NCBI GenBank assembly: GCA_964589775.1
Contig: CAZPUN010000050.1
Location: forward strand, 4,102-36,101
From: an uncultured archaeon
GTDB taxonomy: Archaea; Asgardarchaeota; Thorarchaeia; Thorarchaeales; CAZPUN01
DNA: 32,000 nt
Direction: 5' to 3'
Below are positions 25,579 to 32,000 of this stretch, in pieces. The translations under genes were made by a program, and so were the position numbers. The notes beneath the pieces are model-generated. The model saw only the letters and a list, made by a program, of their open reading frames with translations. It had not been told where the DNA came from and searched no databases. Numbering within the stretch: position 1 is the first letter of the stretch; the number at the start of each line of letters is the position of its first letter.

Positions 25579-27375
25579 ATGAAAGCCTTCCTAGACACAA
25601 ATTTTTTCATTTCGGGATTTAGTGAAAGGCCAAAGGATTTCAAATATGTAAGGCAGGCTGCAGATCGCTTAGGTATTAAGCTTGTGATTACAAGTCAGGC
25701 ATTAAAAGAAATTCGTTGGTATTTAAGACGCGAAATTCAAGGTCAGGTTGAAGTAGTGGATGTTCTTGAGCGCGATTTGAAGCGATTCGCGAGCAGTTTT
25801 AAAAAGCCTGAGAGTGCTTTGCCACAATTGCCTGATCTCTCATTAATATACGCTGCAAGTAAGAGTAAAGGGTCTATTGTGGTGTCTTCTGATTTTAAGC
25901 TCATTCAAACAATTAAAGCGTTTAAATTTCCAATTGAAGGTATAGTGGGAAGCGCTTTCATGTTAAAAATGATTGAAGAGGTTGGAGATTTAAACCTTCG
26001 AGAAAAATTAAAGAAAATTCGTGAGCGCATTTATTCTGCTGAAGTTCGTTATAGTATTGAACGACAACAGATGTTTGATCCATTAACCAGAATTCAATTT
26101 ATTGAAGAGCAAGCCCTACAAGTGTTAAGAGAAATAAACGAGACTAAAGCGAAGCTGAATGAAAAAACTTTGGAAGAAGGTTTGCTCATTCTTGATTTCA
26201 TTGAGGAGATCAAAGATACTATTCCGGGAATGTTTGAAGATTTTAGAGCTGGCAAGTACTATGCTCTAGCGAATGAACTTGAGGATTTGCAGAACGAAAT
26301 TGAACGCCAATTAACGTTATCGTCTCTCACAATGAGTTATGAATCACATCGAGAACTTGTTGAATATGTAGGTGAGCTAATTCTATTTCTGTACTATCTG
26401 GAAATGTTATGTTATATTTATGTTGCAAATAGTGAAGCAATTAAGAAGGCATTTAGTCTAAGTGAAGAATCCATGCGGCTGCTTATGTTCACTCCAATTG
26501 AGCATGTTCGACTTAAAGCTTCAGTCTACTTTTTGAGAATATTTCTTGCAATGTTACTTGAAAAATTTGATGAGATGGAATATTTCTACGGACTTTGGGA
26601 ATCTCTTGTCAGTGCCTACAATTTAGAGGATATGATCACAGCCTCTGAAGGATTTTATGTTGCAATGCAAATTTTCCGTGATTATATGGGCGGGTTCTCA
26701 TTACAGAAGACAAAAATATATCATCCTGAGGAGACATGTCGATTTTTGAGTGATGTTGCACAATTTCTTATAGTGCTTGGAGACCTTAAACGCGCGCAAG
26801 CCATTACAATGAATCTATATAAAATTGCGGTCTTTTATAAAGTTCAACAATCTGCAGTTAAAGCAATTATTATTTTGTACCAAGTAAATCTTGTAGCAAA
26901 GGGTGCTTATCAAAAGGCATTTAATAAGGTCATAAAGCATGCATTAAATAGCTTTAAGAAAAAAGGATGGGATCTTGGCAAAATAGAACCAATAATTAAA
27001 GAGATGAACGGTGAATTTCCGGATGTATCAAAATATGCTCGTCCTGTTCCTGTAGATGCTAGAGATTTGCCAAAAGAATTACGAACATGGATGGACGCTC
27101 TTGGTGTAATTGAAATAAACAATAAGGAATATCTTGTCGTTAGAAATTGGGAGATCCAAGGGAACATCGCAATTAACTCAAAGCATCACAAGGATTTACT
27201 TTCATTAAGAGCTGGTCATAAAGTATTTTTAATGTCTGGAGAGCTCAAAATTGTGAAAGCTCCCGAGCCTGTTTTGAAGGATTTTGGAATTGTATTAATT
27301 ATTACACCCAAGGAAAATGCTGAAATTTCTTTGCGTGGAGAATTTGGTTTTATAAATTTAAGTCCAAGTATTTAA
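25579..27375 (+). CDS. PIN-domain protein with long alpha-helical/TPR-like region and beta-rich C-terminal domain
   Basis: FLDTN, KEI, PDLSL and SSDFKL give a D-E-D-D PIN tetrad; amphipathic helical repeats follow. Confidence 0.75.
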   Translation: MKAFLDTNFFISGFSERPKDFKYVRQAADRLGIKLVITSQALKEIRWYLRREIQGQVEVVDVLERDLKRFASSFKKPESALPQLPDLSLIYAASKSKGSIVVSSDFKLIQTIKAFKFPIEGIVGSAFMLKMIEEVGDLNLREKLKKIRERIYSAEVRYSIERQQMFDPLTRIQFIEEQALQVLREINETKAKLNEKTLEEGLLILDFIEEIKDTIPGMFEDFRAGKYYALANELEDLQNEIERQLTLSSLTMSYESHRELVEYVGELILFLYYLEMLCYIYVANSEAIKKAFSLSEESMRLLMFTPIEHVRLKASVYFLRIFLAMLLEKFDEMEYFYGLWESLVSAYNLEDMITASEGFYVAMQIFRDYMGGFSLQKTKIYHPEETCRFLSDVAQFLIVLGDLKRAQAITMNLYKIAVFYKVQQSAVKAIIILYQVNLVAKGAYQKAFNKVIKHALNSFKKKGWDLGKIEPIIKEMNGEFPDVSKYARPVPVDARDLPKELRTWMDALGVIEINNKEYLVVRNWEIQGNIAINSKHHKDLLSLRAGHKVFLMSGELKIVKAPEPVLKDFGIVLIITPKENAEISLRGEFGFINLSPSI

Positions 27376-27491
27376 TTGCATAATTTCTCTTTTTCTTCAT
27401 TTTTATTATATTATATAAAAAATTATTTAAATAAGATTGAATATATGTTTATAGGGGCGAATACCTCTAAAGTATCATTAAGGGATGGAAA

Positions 27492-28253
27492 ATGTATCAA
27501 AGGGTGTCGACTGGCATCGATGAACTCGACGAAATATTATCAGGCGGATACATTAAAGGACGGGCTATTCTGATTGTTGGAGGGCCTGGCACAGGAAAGA
27601 GCATAATGACTTGGCAATTTCTAATGCGTGGTCTTAAAAATAATGAGAACGGTCTGTTGATTTCACTTGATCAAAATGAAAAAGATGTTATTGAAGACAT
27701 GGAATCATTAGGATTTGAACCAAGAAAATACATTGATGAGAAGAAATTACTCATTCTTAATGTTACTCCTGTAAAAGCTCTTAGGAGTGATGGAAAATAC
27801 GAATATCGCTTCTCTGCTGAGCATTCGATTTTTGGTCAGCGAACCTTTACCATGGATAATTTTATTTCGTTTGTTCATGAAAAAAGGCGTTTAATTAATG
27901 CGAGCCATATTGCAATTGATGGAATTTCTCCTTTAATGGAATTATCCCTCAATGATTTTGAGCTAAGAGAATCTGTATACACTTTAATTAATTCCATAAA
28001 GTCATTTGGAGTTACCACTCTAATCACTGAAGAATACACTCAAGAATCTCCATACGACCGATTATATTATATTGTTGATGGAGTTATCAAGTTGGGATTA
28101 GCGCCTCATATGGGAAATATCGTTCGTGTGATGCAAATTATCAAAATGCGTTCCACTGAACATATACTGCGCCCAATTATGTTCAAAATTACCAAGGGTG
28201 GAATCCTAGCATTTCCATCTGAAAAAATAGATGCTGGAGCCTCATATATTTGA
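27492..28253 (+). CDS. Single-domain KaiC/RAD55-family ATPase
   Basis: STGIDELDEIL.GG, Walker A GGPGTGKS, IAIDG, ITEE, VDGVI.L, IIKMRST.H. Confidence 0.92.
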   Translation: MYQRVSTGIDELDEILSGGYIKGRAILIVGGPGTGKSIMTWQFLMRGLKNNENGLLISLDQNEKDVIEDMESLGFEPRKYIDEKKLLILNVTPVKALRSDGKYEYRFSAEHSIFGQRTFTMDNFISFVHEKRRLINASHIAIDGISPLMELSLNDFELRESVYTLINSIKSFGVTTLITEEYTQESPYDRLYYIVDGVIKLGLAPHMGNIVRVMQIIKMRSTEHILRPIMFKITKGGILAFPSEKIDAGASYI

Positions 28254-29159
28254 GCTTAATTTATATGTTTTTATTCTTTTTATTTTAAGTTCAAAAATTC
28301 CACGTTTTGCCCCACAGTCTGTGCATTCAACGCCTGGAATCATACTTTCTGCAATTATACCACAATCAAGACACTTGTATAGTTTCATCGGTTTTGAATG
28401 GTCATGTTGTGATAATTCCATTCCACATCTCGGGCATATCATTTTATTTTCTTTCTTAAATTCACTTAGTTCTCCGCTATATCCACATGCATAATGTTCA
28501 ATTATTAATGATTTTACGATATTTGTGCTTTTACAATTATTACAGATCAGAACAGGTCTCAAGTTAGTCGAATCACATTCTGGGCATGCAAGAATTGCAG
28601 GTCCTTTATCCTCCTCTAAAATTCCGAGATTGATCAATTTACGAAGCATAGGTATAATTTCAAGTTCATTTAGATCTTCAATATGGCGTAGAGTCTCATA
28701 ATCAAGTGTCATTATTGCTTTGATTTTTGGTCTAATGGTTTTATCGCCGATTTTTAATTTTTGGATTATCTTTTGCACCTTTGGGTCGTTTAGAGCCTCA
28801 TCGATGTTTGTTGTTTTTATGTAATTTATTATGGTATTCATAAATGATTTTAGTTCACTTTTTGTATCTATTTCTGAGAGATTCATTTCTTTTATGAAAT
28901 CATTTAATGCTTCAATAATTCTTCCCTGTTCCCAAATACTATTTGTAAATATTGATATACAGTTTGGCATTTTTAAATATGTGATTACGTAATATTCATT
29001 GATTTTTATTGCGCCTATGCCTTCTTTTAGTTGGTTTCCATGTGCCATAAAAATCGGTACCGCGTCTTCATCCGAGATTTTTAAAGTATCCGGATACTTT
29101 TCCACAATATATGGTCCAATTTTGCTGTCCCACTTGATTAAAGCTATACCCTCGACCAT
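28242..29159 (-). CDS. Longin/uDENN-like N-terminal domain fused to wHTH + TackOD1-like multi-zinc domain
   Basis: IALIKWDSKIGPYIVEKYP start; C-terminal CPEC..CNNC..EHYACGY..CPRCG..YKCLDCG..CTDCG. ATG 29159 follows GGAGG. Confidence 0.75.
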   Translation of the reverse strand: MVEGIALIKWDSKIGPYIVEKYPDTLKISDEDAVPIFMAHGNQLKEGIGAIKINEYYVITYLKMPNCISIFTNSIWEQGRIIEALNDFIKEMNLSEIDTKSELKSFMNTIINYIKTTNIDEALNDPKVQKIIQKLKIGDKTIRPKIKAIMTLDYETLRHIEDLNELEIIPMLRKLINLGILEEDKGPAILACPECDSTNLRPVLICNNCKSTNIVKSLIIEHYACGYSGELSEFKKENKMICPRCGMELSQHDHSKPMKLYKCLDCGIIAESMIPGVECTDCGAKRGIFELKIKRIKTYKLSSNI

Positions 29160-29328
29160 TATTGATGCCTCCAATGAATGTCATTAAAAAAATTGTCAAA
29201 CCCATCTAATATATTTATGCATCCCAATTAAATTTTTATATATTACATATTACTTGACAAATAGGTTTTTATATGTATTAGTCGGGTGTTTCTTAGATAA
29301 AATGAATTATTTAGTTCGGGGTTGTCAA

Positions 29329-30948
29329 ATGAATCGCCAACAAATTAACGGAATCTTGCTATTGATTGTATTAGTATTACCAGTTGTTTATACTATTAGT
29401 GGAGCTGCATATTCAAATGGAAATAATTTCATAATTTCTGATGCTCCGATAATAAATCATCCTGCCGACATTTCATATGAAGTAGGAAGTACGGGCCATT
29501 TTATTACTTGGAATGCAACAGATCCCGCTCCTAAATCTTATAACATTACAAGGAATGGGACTTTATTATTATCCACTTCATGGGATGGTAGCCCTATTAC
29601 TGTTGATGTAAATGGTCTTGATGTTGGTACATATATTTATACATGTACAGTTATGAATGAAAATAACGAAACTGCTTCTGACAGTGTTACGGTAACTGTA
29701 TATCCGGACACTCGTGCTCCGATCATTGTTGGGAATGCAAATATAACATATGAATATGGTAGTGAAGGTAATACGATCCAATGGAATATTACTGAGAGTA
29801 ATCCCGATTACTACAACATTACCATGAATAATACTATTGTAGAAGAAGGTCCATGGGATGGTTCCAATATATCCATATCTGTAGATGGATTGACAGTTGG
29901 TAATTATACATATATGTTATGGGTAAATGATACCTATGGGCATTATTCAACGTTTAATACCACTGTAATTGTTGTTCCTGACCTTACGCCTCCTCAGATT
30001 ACGCCTTCTGGAAACCTCACATTCGAATATGGTAAGAAAGAGCAGACTATCGAATGGGAACTATATGATAGCAATCCTCAGTCATACAATGTGACAAGAA
30101 ATGGTAGTTTGATCATCGATTCTACTTGGACTCAGGATCATTATACCGTTCGACTAGATGTATCACCTCTAGATGTAGGAAACTACACCTTTGTATTATT
30201 TGCATATGATCAATTTGGATTCACTTCAAATGCAACAATATTCGTTCGGATTTACCCTGACGTTAGAGCGCCTGTAATTGCATCATCTGGAAATATAACA
30301 TATGAAGAAGGGTTTACAGGATATAATATTACGTGGTATGTGGATGAGACAAACCCATCAGGATACAATATTACCAAGGATGGTGAGCCGTATCTTAACA
30401 ATACCAATTGGGACGGCAGCAATGTCACGATATCAATTGATAATCTTCCTGTAGGAACGCATAATTTCACAATTGTTATGTGGGATATCTTCAATCAAAC
30501 ATCAAATCAGACCACATTTGTAATTGTAACTCCAGACTCAATACTTCCATCAATATCTAATGTATATGTTTTTCAGGGTAAGGTTTCAGATACTGAAAAT
30601 GCTGTTTCGATCCAAGCCCGCGTTAGTGACCTAAATGGTATCGTATATGTAAAACTTCATTACAGTCTTGACAACAACAATTTCACTACTGTTAATATGA
30701 CCTTAGTTGAAGGCACATCACACTTGTACTCATATGATTTAGGAAAATTCCATAACGGTCAAACAATCTATTACTACATAGAAGCCATGGATAATTCAAG
30801 TGTTCACAATATTGCACAGACATCTATAAAGCAAATAACTATTCAAATTGATGAACCTATCACGATGCCCGGTTGGATTTGGGGCGGTCTAATAGTTCTT
30901 GCTTTGTTATCCGTATTTGTTATATGCAATATTTATCGAAAGAGCTAA
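29329..30948 (+). CDS. Cell-surface glycoprotein with tandem Ig-like repeats, signal peptide and C-terminal TM anchor
   Basis: Four ~91-93 aa repeats (P.I....I.YE.G....I.W...D/E..P..YN.T.NG......W.G..I......L.VG.Y.Y...PD) plus a fifth Ig-like domain; many NxS/T sequons. Confidence 0.85.
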   Translation: MNRQQINGILLLIVLVLPVVYTISGAAYSNGNNFIISDAPIINHPADISYEVGSTGHFITWNATDPAPKSYNITRNGTLLLSTSWDGSPITVDVNGLDVGTYIYTCTVMNENNETASDSVTVTVYPDTRAPIIVGNANITYEYGSEGNTIQWNITESNPDYYNITMNNTIVEEGPWDGSNISISVDGLTVGNYTYMLWVNDTYGHYSTFNTTVIVVPDLTPPQITPSGNLTFEYGKKEQTIEWELYDSNPQSYNVTRNGSLIIDSTWTQDHYTVRLDVSPLDVGNYTFVLFAYDQFGFTSNATIFVRIYPDVRAPVIASSGNITYEEGFTGYNITWYVDETNPSGYNITKDGEPYLNNTNWDGSNVTISIDNLPVGTHNFTIVMWDIFNQTSNQTTFVIVTPDSILPSISNVYVFQGKVSDTENAVSIQARVSDLNGIVYVKLHYSLDNNNFTTVNMTLVEGTSHLYSYDLGKFHNGQTIYYYIEAMDNSSVHNIAQTSIKQITIQIDEPITMPGWIWGGLIVLALLSVFVICNIYRKS

Positions 30949-31072
30949 TCTTTTGCTCTTCAATTTTATTCTTTTTATGCCTTTGATGTTGAAAAATTTC
31001 TTGCCCATAAACTCTCATTTATATTTTGGTCCAAATTACTATGTTTTAGTAATATTTAGGGTGCGCGCCTTT

Positions 31073-32000
31073 ATGTTTGACGAGTTAGAGAAGTCATACA
31101 AATATCTCACGAATCAAGGAGCAGAATTTGTATTCATTAGAGGAGAATCTATCGATTTAACGAACATTCGATTTGAAGACGGGCGCGTAGAAAGTATAAG
31201 TAAGAGAGCCGAGCATGGTTTTACGGTATCTGTGATTTACAATGGCGCATTTGGATTTGCATCCGGTTCAAATTTAGAGAATGTAATTCCCGTATCTGAA
31301 AGAGCTTTAAAACTTGCTAAAAGTCTATCAAAATATCAGAAACAAAAAGTCCAGATCGATTCAATAAAGCCTGTTAAGATTAAACTAGATGGAACCTTAT
31401 CATTTGATCCGACTTCTATACCTACCGAGGAAAAAGTGTATTATCTCAGAGAAATATACCGAAATGTTATCGATTTAGATGATCGAATTAATGCAATTAC
31501 GAGCGAATATGAAGATACTAAGAAAGTAAATTACATAATCACATCTGATGGTTCCGAAATCGAAGAATCCATTTCGTATTTACTATCCGAATTTCGAGTT
31601 AATGCACGTTCTGGTTCTAGAATAACTTCTATAAAAACAAAAACCGGAAATAAAGGTTATTCGTGGAAGGACTTTATGCATATTGAATCTCCGGAGAAAC
31701 TTGCGAAAGAAATAATCCGAAAAATCAAGAATCAACTTGAAGGTAAGAACCCTAAAAGTGGTGAATATCCAATTGTATTAGGGCCTCTCATAATCGGCGT
31801 ACTGGCTCATGAGGCTATTGGACATTTAATTGAAGCTGACAATACTATTAAAAGTCCTCTAAACGGGCGTATTGGCACTAAAATAACTAATGAAAATATT
31901 TCTCTAATTGACGATGGAACGCTAAAGGGTGGATTCGGTACTGCTTCATATTCTGATCTTGGTGCAAAAATCAAAAAGGTTCGAATCATCAATAACGGAG
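31073..32000 (+). CDS. tldD: TldD/PmbA-family metalloprotease (TldD type), truncated by window end
   Basis: ATG 31073 MFDELEKS...GAFGFASG...GEYPIVLGP..IGVLAHEAIGHLIEAD...LIDDG; the HExxGH motif is in frame. Confidence 0.88.
   Translation, partial: MFDELEKSYKYLTNQGAEFVFIRGESIDLTNIRFEDGRVESISKRAEHGFTVSVIYNGAFGFASGSNLENVIPVSERALKLAKSLSKYQKQKVQIDSIKPVKIKLDGTLSFDPTSIPTEEKVYYLREIYRNVIDLDDRINAITSEYEDTKKVNYIITSDGSEIEESISYLLSEFRVNARSGSRITSIKTKTGNKGYSWKDFMHIESPEKLAKEIIRKIKNQLEGKNPKSGEYPIVLGPLIIGVLAHEAIGHLIEADNTIKSPLNGRIGTKITNENISLIDDGTLKGGFGTASYSDLGAKIKKVRIINNG

Noticed and set aside
27492-28253. Circadian KaiC clock
   Set aside because: Single ATPase domain and no kaiA/kaiB; generic archaeal KaiC-like family.

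Overview
AT-rich archaeal chromosomal window, most likely from an Asgard archaeon. The inference rests on an archaeal TFB and TATA-like promoters, plus several eukaryotic-signature-like proteins (longin, DENN-like, Arf-like small GTPase and NPRL2-like domains) and a multi-Ig-repeat surface glycoprotein. Housekeeping content: tRNA-Cys(GCA), cysS, tfb, nadA, feoAB, a NADH oxidase/CoADR-type flavoprotein, an MTA/SAH deaminase, mre11/rad50-like genes, a KaiC-like ATPase and a partial tldD. Most notable: (1) a solo Cas6 apparently lacking its catalytic residues, with no array or other cas genes, whose stop codon sits in the base of a long hairpin; (2) a longin-Arf-like GTPase-longin-NPRL2-like wHTH fusion followed by an apparent pseudo-GTPase; (3) a NAD-kinase-fold/wHTH protein with a broken GGDG motif, divergent from nadA across a palindrome; (4) a DENN-like protein; (5) a longin-TackOD1 fusion convergent with KaiC; (6) a hookless mini-Rad50. 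All domain calls come from reading motifs by eye; no searches were run.
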